DNA of 64,000 nt from Lama glama (taxonomy: Eukaryota). The notes under the pieces were generated by a model that worked only from the letters and a program-made list of their open reading frames with translations, was not told the DNA's origin and did not search any database. Position numbers and translations under genes: made by a program. The DNA lies in NCBI GenBank assembly GCA_028534125.1, contig CM052817.1, positions 16,494,001 to 16,558,000 of the forward strand, written 5' to 3'. This document shows positions 37,270 to 49,050 of this stretch, in pieces (position 1 is the stretch's first letter; each line of letters starts with the position of its first letter).

Positions 37270-38420
37270 GACCACCCACCTCCCAAACCTCCATCTTCCT
37301 CTACTTAGGACCATTAGATTCAATTTGACAAATATCTGCCCTTCTGATCAACAAATAACGTTCACATCCTTTTTCCCACGCAAAGAATATACTGACCCCC
37401 TCCGTCAGGGAGACAGTGGAAAGGCCAGTCCAGTTACTATGTCCAGACCAATGTTCTGAGTCTCCAGGTGATACGTAATATCTCCACAAAGTTCAGATGC
37501 AGTATTTCACGTTCATTGACCTGTGAACTGAAAAGACAAAGTATCTGTCACCACCCCCCCTGTACCCCATATGCCATGATGGAACAAGGATGGGACAAAG
37601 AAACAAGGACTCCCATTCAGAAAAGCGCAGAATGGGAGTCACAGGGAAGTCACTGGTCCCTACAATCCTGCCAAGTGAGAGACTGTACCAGGCAGCAGGG
37701 GAACTTTCTTGATTAGACCAGAATTAAACTCCATGGGAAAAATTCCCTCCTCTGTTGTTCTCCATGGCCTGTTATCTTATTGACATTTTGGGCCATCTGT
37801 TGTGGGAGTCGATTTTATAAGTGTAGGATGTTTAGCAACTTTCCTGGCCTCTACCCATTAGGTACCAGTGGGTAGAGGCATCTCTGCCCCCAAATCAAAA
37901 ATATCTCCCTACTTTCCAAATGTCCTGCAGTAACTGGTGCTTTAGGCTTGAACAAAGTCCTAGACTGTGGTTTCTTAGCAGTTCTGTTCCCTCAAAATCT
38001 CACTAGGCTTCTGATCTACAAGCTTGCAGTCAGTCCTGTGAGCATAACCATGGCTGAAGTCCTTTCCTCAACAAAAATGTTCATGAGGGATTTATTTCTT
38101 TGCGTCCAAGTGTTCTGCTACTGCCTAACATGGTCTACATCTTTATAAGCTTCTAAAATCATTTTTCTTGCCATTTACCAGTCAACACTGATTAGTTGGG
38201 CAGTGGGCAGCAAGGAAGCTGATACTGGGGACTGGAAAGACTCGTGTATCAACAGAAGACCCATTATAGCTTGAAAGGCAAACAGCTAAACCAGAGCCAC
38301 ACATTTTAGGTTTACATCATGACAGCACCCCACTTCAAGTATAAACTTCGGTATTAGTTAAGGAATGTGACAGTAGCACCCTACTTCAAGGTATCAGTTT
38401 CCCAATTGTTAAGGTATAAA
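37270..38420 (-). mobile_element. MaLR internal sequence (MLT1-int) with MER20 insert (~37775-37930)
   Basis: gacctgtgaactgaaaagacaaag...actcccattcagaaaag; ends cacattttaggtt...cagcaccccacttc; MER20 piece tgtaggatgtttagca...ctggcctctaccca. Confidence 0.6.
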
Positions 38421-38829
38421 AAGAGGTGAAAGGTCTTTTTTCGTGACCCCTCCTCCTTCTTGTCTATCAGTGATTAGCTGGGAGAGCAAGTCAGAAGCTG
38501 GGTTGGCTACCTCCTGGTTGGGAGAAGCAGGAACTGGGATGTGGGGCTAAGCAGAGGTGAGAGAAGAGGAGATATATTCAGGGAGGAGAAACCTCAAGGT
38601 GCTGGAGGCGAAACTGGAGGGAGCCATAAACAGCTCCTGGGATGCGGTGCTCATTTCTGAAGTCCAGGGTGGATGAGATTGCACAGGCCAGGTTCATTCA
38701 AAGGGTCCAGAATGAGATGAACACCACGAAATCACCAAGGGAGTTCATTCATTCAGTATTCAAGTAAGCCAGATGAACTTATCAACTGCTTCTAACATCC
38801 CCTTTTAAATATATATATATATATATTAG

Positions 38830-39300
38830 GTTTAATAAAAGGAAATTTAAAAATAATTTTTAGTTCATTCTGATTATAAAAATAAATAAAAATGGAAATG
38901 AGATTAAATATTCATCCATAGGGGAAATGTTCAATATACTATAATATATTCATACTACAGAAGACTGTGCCATGGTTAAACTTGTGTACATCAAAAAGAA
39001 AAGCCCCACAGTCTTGCTGTATGTTGTGTATGAGGATGCCATTATGTAAGTAAATGCACAGGAATCCATGTGAAAAGACCCACCAATCAAACCGCTAACA
39101 GTGACTGGGCTGGAACAGGAGAGGAGGTGATGGCACAGATTGCGGTGATGGTTAAAGGGCTTGAAAAGCAACAGGTTTCTGAGAATAGACTATAAATAAC
39201 ATTTGTTACCAATTAAAAGAATGAGGTGGATCTGTTTGTACTGACAGATACCGGTTTCTTCTTTTTCTCCCTTGAAGGAAATTAACTGTATTTAGCTTTG
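38830..39300 (+). mobile_element. Old L1M fragment(s)
   Basis: aaatggaaatgagattaaatattcatccatagggg...; aaaagaatgaggtggatct. Confidence 0.45.
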
Positions 39301-39888
39301 CGGGGGATGGACAGAGGGTGAAAGAAAGTGGGAAGTTCCACTGTTAATTTCGTTCTCTTTGCCCTCAATTTTCTAACCATGCTTCTAGGTTGCTTTCTTT
39401 TTCAACAGTTTTCTGGGTGATAAGATGATGGGTCTCTTTTTGCTCTTTTCTTTAAATTCAACTCTATTAAAGTAAACGAACAGGATGTTATCTAAAAGGA
39501 ACTTACACACAGTAATATGTGACCCAGGTTGATAATTTTGAAAATAGAGAAAAGCATAAAGAACAGAATCTAAATCATTCATATTCTCCCTATCAGACAT
39601 GAGGGTCGTTAATAACATTCTGTTGGTTTCCTCCAGTCTTTTTTCTATGTCCATTAATGTCTATTTCAATAAAATTGAGTTATATTTTATGTTCAGTTCT
39701 GTACTGTTTCTTTTACTTAATAAGATATATTATAAGATTTTCCACACATTAAATATTTTTAGACAATACAATTTGTAATGGTCATATAACAGTACTATAC
39801 ATGTACACACGTACTATACTATGATACATATATGAAATAAGAATTATGATGTTGATAGTTAAGCAGTACATAAGGGCTTTAGTCATAC

Positions 39889-39990
39889 TGATGCAGGAAA
39901 ATGGATGTGGGGTGTGAGGAGGGCCATGTCCCACGTCTTGACTGAGCCCCTGGGATGTGCCCCGCCAGGTGTGGGTCCTTGGCTTCGAGC
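39889..39990 (-). mobile_element. ERV1-like LTR end running into the assembly gap
   Basis: Begins with TG and contains gactgagcccctgggatgtgccccgccaggtgtgggtccttggcttcg; interrupts a MIR. Confidence 0.5.
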
Positions 39991-40090
39991 NNNNNNNNNN
40001 NNNNNNNNNNNNNNNNNNNNNNNNNNNNNNNNNNNNNNNNNNNNNNNNNNNNNNNNNNNNNNNNNNNNNNNNNNNNNNNNNNNNNNNNNN
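39991..40090. other. Assembly gap (100 N; true size unknown)
   Basis: Directly visible. Confidence 1.
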
Positions 40091-41439
40091 TTTCATCCTT
40101 CGAAAAGCCCACGAGGTAACGTTATCGTCCCCATTTTATAGATGAGGCTCAACCAGTTTACAAATGGAACTGACCCAGGTGCCAAAGCTAGTAGCTAAGC
40201 CAGGTCTCATACTCATACCTATCGTCTTAGCTACTGTGTTAAACAGTATCTACCACAATTTTTGCACCAATCCCCTATTGTTGGACATAGGATTGCTTTA
40301 AGGTGTTTACTGTGTTGAATAATATAGTGATGAGTATCCTTGTATGCATCACTTTGGCCACATCTCAGAATTTCTGGTTTAGGCCAAATGCCTCAAGGTG
40401 GAATTACTGGGTCAAAATAAGAACACCTTTCAGGTTCTTGCAACATGTTCCCAGACCCTTTCACAGGCGTGCTTTGGAGTTGTAGGCAAACCCTTCCAAA
40501 GGGGAAAGGTAACTCTGCAGGAACTCAGCACTGCAGCAATCATGGCCCTCCTGGGTGGAGGGCTGAGCTGGAGTCTGCTGACATTGTCTTCTAAATGATG
40601 ACACTCGAGTCACACCTGGCGCCTGGAGAGTTTTATTGAACTTCCCTGCGATGCCATTATGCTCCATAAACACCGAGTCAGGCAGAGCAGTGACCAAGGG
40701 CCCCTATTACAGCAGGTAAGTGCACATCTTGTTTCGTGCCTCCTCACAAGCTTCTATTATTTCAAATGTCAAATGCACTTTGCCTCAAGCCTTTTTGGCC
40801 TTTAATTTTTAAATCCACATGCATTTAATTTATTTATTGGATTTCTATAGGACTTAAGGGGAAATTTAATTCATACACTTCTGGTTCATCTTCGCTTAAC
40901 TCATTTGATGGCTTAGAAAGCTTTGTTGGCTCTCTTAAATAAGAATTTTTTGTGCAGCTTCTTTCCAGAGACAGGATGCTAAGGAGCGGGGATTCTCATT
41001 GAAAAAATCAGTACAAAGCTAGGAAGGTGATAGACTTGGGGAAGGGCAGGCTCCCAGCTATTCTTGAAAACATTCCTCCTAGGCAAGAGGTTACAGAAAG
41101 GTACAAGTAATTGGTTAAAGCGGTATCCTCCTCCGTGGCCTCATTAGCTTAATCTGGGAGCCCACCACTACAGGGATGTACCAGGAAGCTCAGGGGAACC
41201 CCCAAATTTAAAATTTCAAAATTTAATTTCAAAATTTAAAATCTTTCTCATTCAAAAAAGTTAATTAATGGCACCTGATCTCCCCAATGTGTCCTTCTTA
41301 CTAAGATAACTGAGTGGAGACAATTCCAGCCCAAAGCAGCCCAAACTGGAGATTGTCTTAGGTCATCTCACTCCAAAACTGGGTGCATGTGCTATTTCCA
41401 TTAAGCTTTGTTCTTTCTCTTTTTATTTTACTGTTTGCC

Positions 41440-41965
41440 TTTTAAGGAAAAATTCAAACATTGAGACAAGTGGAAGGAAATGTATGGTGAACACCCACAC
41501 ACCTCAATCCTACAGTGATTAACATTTTGCTCTGTGTGTTTAATTGTATATAAATCCGTCTGTCTCTCTATGCATCCATCATTCTATCTTATTTCTCACT
41601 GGATTTCAAAGTAAGTTGCAGACACCAGTAAACTCCATTCTGAAATACTTCAGCATGCAAGTTATTAACGAAAATTAATTATTTACTTACATTTTTTCTT
41701 TTCTAGGAAATAATTATATAAGTGAAATGCACACATCTTAATTGTACCATCCAATGGGTTTTGACTAATATGGTCATTTGAGTAACTCAAATCCCACCAA
41801 GATACAGAAATTTTCTTCACCACAGACCTTCTTTGTGTCATTTTGCAATTAACCCCTCCCCACCCCTTGCCCCAGATAACAACTGCTCCAATTTCTATCA
41901 ACCACTGTATGTTAGTTTCACTTATTCTAGAAGTTCATATAAATAGAATAGTACTGTATGAACGA
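41440..41965 (-). mobile_element. Old L1M (L1MB/MC-type) 3' fragments
   Basis: aaagtaagttgcagacac...aaatacttcagcatgca; gtgaaatgcacacatcttaattgtac...ttctagaagttcatataaatagaat. Confidence 0.7.
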
Positions 41966-42454
41966 TTTACTTAGTCAAGTTGCCGTGGCTTCCTGTTGTA
42001 GCTACAGGCCTCCTAGTTGAAACAAGGACTATTTGAGGTTGACCTTTCTTGCCTTATGTTATAAATTGGAGTTTTTCAGGAACCCATGAAAATAGAAGTG
42101 AAGGCACCACTGGAAATAATAAGCTTGGTAATGCCTTGCTAGGATGGCATTAAATATGCTATAGCATTATTCTCCTTAATAAAGGAACATTCAGCAGAGA
42201 GGCTTGCCAGAAAAATGCAAGATGTATTTTGGGAAGAATCTTGTCCTACTTGAGTTACCGTCCTGCCTGCCAGAACCACACTGGCCTGCCCTATGTTCAG
42301 CCATGAGCTTTGTGCATCTCAGTGTTACCTCAAACCAAGCTGGAGATCAAACCAAGATTCCACTGTTCTGCTCAGAAGATCCCGGCACATCCTTTTGACC
42401 ATGAACAGGGAAGTCTAATCCCAGCTATGGTGTTGTGGGTGGGGGAGCAGGTCA

Positions 42455-42469
42455 TCAGCAGGTGGCGCT
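42455..42469 (+). promoter_or_regulatory. CTCF-like motif
   Basis: tcagcaggtggcgct against core CCASYAGRKGGCRS (one mismatch). Confidence 0.4.
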
Positions 42470-43144
42470 CTTCCTCTGAACCATGACCCAGACTTGCCAC
42501 CTAGCACCAGCTAAGACCAGAAACTAGCCTTCTGAGAGTGACAGTAAAAGGAGTTAGATACTTGTAGTTTTGAAGGCTGCTTGATCAGTCCTTGACTGGA
42601 GTCCTTTGAGTAATATTTTACCCATTTCCAGAGCCTGTTACCTGGAAGCAGAAGTCTTAGGTATCCTAAGGCCAGATCTTATGTGATCCTATTGAAAAAG
42701 GATGCTTGGTACATATCAGTGTTAATCAGCACTAAAAAGTTTAGGAGAGAAAAATCTGGGAAGATGAATTGGAAGACTTGATAGCATGTGAATGTTAACC
42801 AGAGATATTAGGATAATTTCACTAGGGAAGAAATAAAATGCAACCCTTTATTCTTGTATTCATTTATTCAGTATTTAACATTGGGGAGGGAATGAAGCAT
42901 ATAATTAAGCTGTTAAGGAACAGATGCTGGAGTCAGGCAGACCCAGGTTTCTACCTGAACCATTCACTGGGTCTCAATGTTTTCATCTATAAAATGAAAA
43001 TGATACATTTGCATCATAGGGCATTCTATTCCTTGATTCGGCAAGTATTTATTGAGTGCCTACCATGTGCCAGGCACTGCTCTGGAGCTGTGGGTACAGG
43101 GCGAGCGAGGCAGGGCCGCTGCTCTCATGGGGCTCTCAGGCAGA

Positions 43145-44240
43145 CTGTGCTTTCAAAGATGACTGTGCTAGTATATTCCATCTCACATTCTCTTCTTTTT
43201 TCTAAAACGTAACTTTATTTTTATTTTACGTCAAACATCCTTGCAAACAATGAAAACAAACCAAATCATGAATAAATGCCTATTAAAAAAACTGATTTAT
43301 TGAAGTATGATTGACATATAAAAAGCTGCACACATTTAATGGGTACAACTCGATGCATCTGAGGATAAGCGTACACCTGTGAAACCAATGCTGCCGTCAG
43401 GCCATAGGTTACCCATCACTCCCCAGAGTCTCCTCCCACCCCCTTTATTATTTTTCTTTTTGTGGTATGAGTACTTAAGATCCTAGCAAACTTTAAGTAT
43501 ATAGCACAGTATTTGTTAGCTACAGGCATACACATGTATGTGCCCTATAGCAGACATCCAGAATTTATTTCTGTTGCAGAACTGAAGCTCTGTACTCTTT
43601 AACCATCACCCCGTTTCCTCTTCCCCTCAGTCCTGGGCAACCACCACACTGCTCTCTGCTTCTACGAGTTTTTGACTATTTTGATTTCACATATAAGTGA
43701 AATTATACAATATTTGTCTTTCTGTGTCTGGCTTATTTCACTGAGCATGATGGCCTCCAGGTCTATCCATGTTGTTGCACATGGCATAATTTCTTTCTTT
43801 TTTAAGGCTGAATAAGATTCCATCATATATATACACACACACACACACATATATATATATATCTCACATTCTCTTCTAATATGATGACACTGACACTTTT
43901 CCATTGAATCGGGACAGGCTTATGATTGTGGTGGAAGTGATGCTGCATGGTTTTAAGACTATGTCATAGAAGATGAGGTGGCATTCTCTTGCCCCTCCCC
44001 CAGGACATGTGCTTTGGGATCCCTGCACTGACATATGGGAAGTCCACTGACATCACTGCTGCTATGCTTGCGGGATCATGTGGAGGGACCACATAGAGAC
44101 AAAGGCCCCAGTGGTTCCAGCCTCCAGCCTTCAAGTCCTCTGGCTGAGGCCCGGGAAGATCAGCTACCCCCATTGTGCCTTATCTACCTCCTTACCTTCA
44201 TAGGGGTGATTTGTTATGCCACCCTCGTAACTAGAACAAG
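43145..44240 (+). mobile_element. MaLR LTR (MLT1-like) split by an L1 insertion
   Basis: tgtgctttcaaagatg...; resumes ggaagtgatgctgcatgg...ggggtgatttgttatgcc...taactagaaca. Confidence 0.65.
43197..43860 (-). mobile_element. 5'-truncated L1MA-type insertion with a perfect 17-bp TSD
   Basis: TSD atctcacattctcttct at 43180-43196 and 43861-43877; ORF2 tail MESYSALKKKEIMPCATTWIDLEAIMLSEISQTQKDKYCIISLI. Confidence 0.9.
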
Positions 44241-44254
44241 TTATATGCTGGTTG

Positions 44255-45265
44255 GGCAGGCAGAAGATAAGCCAGTGAACAAATAAACAAATAAGACATT
44301 GTCAGACATGGCTACAAAACCCTGAAAACAGGATGATATGATAGGGGGGTGAGGAGGGAGAGGCAACCCCAGGCAGGATAATGAAGTCCTGGCAGAAGAG
44401 AGAACATGTGAGCTATGGAGACTTGCACATACAAGAAAGGGCCAGAATGAATGTTCTGGGGGCAGTGGTGGCAGCAAGTGCAAAGGCCCTGAGGCAGGCT
44501 GAAGCTCAGCACATTCAAGGAACTAAAAAGTGGCTGGTGCCTCTGGATTATAGTAAGAAGAGGATAACAGTCCAAAGACGAGGTCAGAATAGACAGGTTC
44601 AACTCATATACAGACTGGTAGGCCAGAGCTAAGTAAGGGTTTGGGTTTTTATCCAAGTAAAATGAGAAACCATTGAAAGAAGTGGAGAGATATGGTTTTA
44701 TGTACATAGTAACAGTGTCCCTTTGGCTGCTGTGTGGTGACAGGATTGAAAGGTAAGAACTGAAGCAGGGAGGCTAATTAAGAGGCTGGAGCCTCAGTTC
44801 AAGTGAGAGCTGACGGCAGCCTGGACCGGCCTGGAACTGGTGGACACAGTAACAACTGTGGGTAACATTGCCGGAGTGGCTTCCATGTTCAGGCCTTTTC
44901 AGGTGCTTCCTGTGGATGATCTGATTTTGTCCTCACAACAACCCTATGATACAGATTCTCTTATTATCCCCAAATACTTTGCCCATTATCACGTATCTAA
45001 TCAGTGGTGGGGGCAGGCTCCTCGCTCAGGCAGGGCCCCCGCAGCATGCTGCTTCCCTGGATGGAATCCAGCGGGGAGGAGTCAGGATACTGTGGAGGTA
45101 GAGCTGACAGGACTTGTTAAATGATTGGGGATTCGGAGGAGAAGAGAGAACTCACGGATGGTGCCTTGGGTTCTGACGTGGGCAGCTAGGAGGCGGGTGG
45201 TGTCATCTATTGAGATGGGGAAGCCTAGGTGAGAAATCGGGGTGGGGAGATGCAGGAGTTCTCTC
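44255..45265 (-). mobile_element. L2 fragment with internal MIR (~44860-45010)
   Basis: cagcaagtgcaaaggccctgaggcagg...gagaaaccattgaa...ggaggtagagctgacaggacttg. Confidence 0.75.
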
Positions 45266-46084
45266 ATGGTAAGAATGAACAGTAATAGTCATCAAACGAG
45301 CAGAACAGGCTAGTATTTCTGGAGTGCCTCCCGTGTGTAAGCACTCTACCTTTACCAACTCATTTGATTTTTGCCTTAGGAAGTAAGGTACCATGGTTTC
45401 CTCATTTAACTGAGGATGAAGCTAAGAAACAGGGAGACTGAGAAATGAGTCAAAGGTTACAGAGCGAGGAAGTTGCCGATCTGGGATTCAGTCTGGCTGG
45501 CTGCCTGCTCTAACACACCATTTCTCATTAAGTGAGCAAGCGTTGGGTGAGCACCAAGCACAGTGCCTAATGCATACTAAGTGATCAATAAAAGGTAGCT
45601 ATTATTATTATTATTACTATTCAAATGTAGCTGACCTTCTCGGGTGTATATGACATTGTGCTACTAAGAAATAGAACCCAGTCGCTGCCCTCAGGAAAGA
45701 TGCCGTGGCAAATCCAGACTCCCGTGCACGGAGGTTTAAATGACTCCAGACAACCACAAAGCAGTACAAAACAGCACCAGAAGAGGTGCCTCGAGGCAGC
45801 GTGTGATGAAGTGCCGGAGGAACGGCATAGATCTAGGGCTACGGATTTTTTCGAATATCTAGAGGAATATTAAAGGCTTGTGCCAGGATTATTAACACAT
45901 GTGTCCATAACAGGGAGATTCCTTCTCTATAATTCATCGCGCCCTGTCAGGACCCAAACCAAATGTCAAAGAGTGGAATAGTGACATTTACTCTGTTCTA
46001 ATTACCCAGCAAGATTACTGTTTGTGGACTTGCTAAGTAGTTCCCAAACAAAGCAATGAAATTTAATGGTTCTGCTGTGCCACA

Positions 46085-46166
46085 ATTTCTCTTTTTTTCC
46101 TTCTTTCTCGCCCCTCCCCTCCTTTCCCGGTCCCTCCCCCCACCTCCCCTCCCCTTCTCTCTCTTT
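46085..46166. repeat. Polypyrimidine tract with seven C3+ runs
   Basis: Directly visible. Confidence 0.85.
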
Positions 46167-46769
46167 GGGGAGGCTGTGGTGACAAGTTTTACTGATATAA
46201 TCAAGACAAATTTTTTGAAGTTTTGATGTAATAAAAATGAAAAACATGGGCTGCTCCCACCTTTCTTGCTTTTCATAATACTGTTTTTCCCTCTGTGGTT
46301 CCCAAAATGCCAGAGACTCAAAGCAATAAGTCAAGCTACATTTCGGGGAGGCTTTTTACATTTCCTTAAATTTTTTTCAAAAAGAAAAAAATGCCAGAAA
46401 GCTTAGAAATAGAAAACATTAAAAAATAAAAAACCAAAAACCTCACATAATCACACCACTTCTACACAATCACTGATGATATCTTGATGTGTTTCCTTAG
46501 AATTTTTAATTTTCCCGTGCTTGTACATGGAGGTAATTCTAGTGTACTTGCAGTGTTGCACAGTGCTATGTAAATGTCTATCAGGTACACCTATTAGGGA
46601 AAATTCCTAATTTTATTGTGCTAGTCCATTGAATGAGCCCCTTAATTTCTAAATCATGTAACTAAATTACTTTTAGAATAAGGAAATAAATAAATAAAAC
46701 AAAATACATAAATTTAATAGTGTTACTCTTTCCCTTAATGCTGAACTCGGTAAGGCCTCATATATAGGG

Positions 46770-46975
46770 GATGAGAATTCTGGCGCTGAGTTCTGCCACT
46801 TGTTAGCGGTGTGACCTTGGAGAAGTTACTTAACCTCTCTGGGCTGTAGTCGCTTCACTCATCAAATGTAGATTATGACAGAGCCTACCTCGTAGGAATG
46901 GGATAATGTGCATTGAAATATTTCACGCAGTACCTATCACGTGACCAGTGCTCATCAATACTACTATAATCATTA
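46770..46975 (+). mobile_element. MIR SINE
   Basis: tctgccacttgttagcggtgtgaccttggagaagttacttaacctctctgggc. Confidence 0.85.
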
Positions 46976-47739
46976 CTATCTAACTTCCAAACATGATTTT
47001 GGTGAAATGAACACCGAATTGGAAATCAGACCCGGACAAGCTGTGCACTTGTTGCAGGTTTCCTTACCTGTAAAAGATAGTGTTTGTTAAATAACTGTCA
47101 CGCTTCTTTCAAAAAGAACTTAGAATAAGACAACAAAGCTCTACAAATGCACAGAAGATCACATGCACTCCTTGTGACCCAAGGGGCCCAGGCCCGTGGC
47201 CATGGTTAGGGAGAGCCCGGGGTTGGGGAGCTCCCAGCATCCCTCTGATGACCAGACCTCATTCCAGGGCCAAGTCTGCTACTTAGAACAAGGCCGGAAG
47301 AACACAGTCCTGTGCAGAGGTCAGCAAGACTTCCCACCCCGTGCTGTGCACATCTTCTCTCCTGTTCACAAAAGGCACAGAGCCGCTGGTTCTGCTGTGT
47401 TAAGGAAACCCATACTTCAGGCTTTGCTTTTCTTTCTTTCTTCATTTTTTTTTCTGGATTCATTTACTTTAGGTATTCTATCAATGCCATGTGCACAGCT
47501 CAGGTTAGAAGTTGTCAGCATTTCCCATTTAGGCTGCTATTTCTAGAGGATGGTGATTTGATCGCAACATTTGTTCTGGGTAGCAACAGGCCAAAAGGAG
47601 GTCTCAGTGCAAAAGCGTCTTCCACCCACTTAAAAACAACAGTCACCGCAACGCACTCCTTATGTGACCAATTTAAAATGATGAAGGTTGACAAAAAGCA
47701 CTGATATGTTGAATTCTGGAAGATGGAGGGGGTTTTATC

Positions 47740-48090
47740 GCCATCGGTATGAAGTTCACGGCTGCAGGTCATCGAGAGTTCACTCTCTAGCATCCCAGCG
47801 CGGTCGCAGGAGCAGCCCTCCGGCCCAGTGCTTCTTTTTCCGCTTCCTCACCTTTCCGCACCTCTCCTCTCCTCGCCACCGGAAGACGGACTAAGTGAGG
47901 AAGGGAGATCAGGGTCAGCGCCTCCTTTTTTGAGAGTTTGCCCAAGATGAGAGCAGGCTTGTCAGGGAGCAGGGAGGGGAAGGAGAAGACACCTGTCAGG
48001 AGGCTGACGTCTCATATTTGCATACTCGGCCTGCGTCACCTCCTCTGTCATCGCGAGAAGCCTGAGAAGTACGCGGGGGGAACGCGGAGC
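47740..48090 (-). promoter_or_regulatory. CpG-enriched promoter-like element with candidate first-exon donor
   Basis: Octamer atttgcat 48016-48023; CRE-like tgacgtct 48005-48012 and tgcgtca 48032-48038; ETS ccggaag 47879-47885; donor AAG|gtgagg at 47852/47851. Confidence 0.45.
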
Positions 48091-48669
48091 TCCTGTTTCA
48101 GAGTCTGGTTCACTCAAGTGCTATTAATTGTGCACCTACTATGCGTCTTGTGCTTTGTGTCTTGCTGGGTGCGTGCATTAACGTGCTGCCTCTTCCCAGG
48201 GAGCCTCGGCTGGTGCGGAGGACAGTCACAGATGAATGTACAACTACACACGCAATTAGGACCAGGAAGGGTGGTGACCAGAGGCCCCGTGGGGAGGCAT
48301 GATTTGGAGCATCAGGTTAGAGAGGCCCTCTCCAACTTCCCAGAGAAAGTGACATTGCACTTGAGAAAGGAAGACTGGGTTGGAGGTTTGGAGAATACTC
48401 TCAGGGGCAGGTTGGAGACCAACACCATCTTTTGAACACTTAGTACATACACGTACCAGGCGTCCTGAGTTTTCTTTGTCTGAGCCTGAGTGTGATTGGA
48501 TGTGAGGCTTGGATACTTATTCAAACTGCTTAAATTAAAAGGGAGATTTGTAAAAAGGGGGAATTTGGTAGAACCCACGGATCAGAAGCATAGCCAGACC
48601 TTGCCGGGAGTGGGCTAGACTATGAGTAGCTTCTTCCATCACTATCTGCGGGGGGATAAAATCTGACAG

Positions 48670-49050
48670 GGTGGGGGAGGCGCTGCAGTGTTTTCTGGGG
48701 TGTTTGGCTGGAGGAGGGTGGTTGTTGTCTTAACGTTTTCTGTCTTGCTTGGTTTCCCTGTCCTGGTCATTTTGGGAGAGAGCAGTCGTCTGTAGGACTT
48801 TTGTTCTGTACTCATTGGTGCTTCTGGATCTCTAATTTCTTTGGTATCCAATTTGGTAGATGAGAGGCAAAAAGGGAATCCAGGGAACTCATCACATGTC
48901 ATTCCTTGGACCCCAAGTTCCCTAACCAGTCAGCCTTCTTTCAGAGACTTCTTATATTTGTCTATATAAGGGCTAGTGTTTATAGTTGTACTTGGCAGGA
49001 GGAATAGGAGGAAGAATGTCTACTGCATCTTTCTGAAAGTGGGGGTCACT
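48670..49050 (-). mobile_element. Old L1M 5'-end fragment
   Basis: aaagggaatccagggaactcatcac...ttccctaaccagtc...tagttgtacttggcaggaggaatagg...tctactgcatctt. Confidence 0.55.

Larger units (their letters stand above)
39500..40460 (-). mobile_element. Old L1ME-like fragment interrupted by a MIR, an LTR end and the gap
   Basis: aaaatagagaaaagcataaagaa...; ccaatcccctattgttggacataggattg...gtggaattactgggtcaaa. Confidence 0.55.

Noticed and set aside
47938..48435. 165-aa ORF
   Set aside because: TTG start; spans GC-rich regulatory DNA and L2-derived sequence
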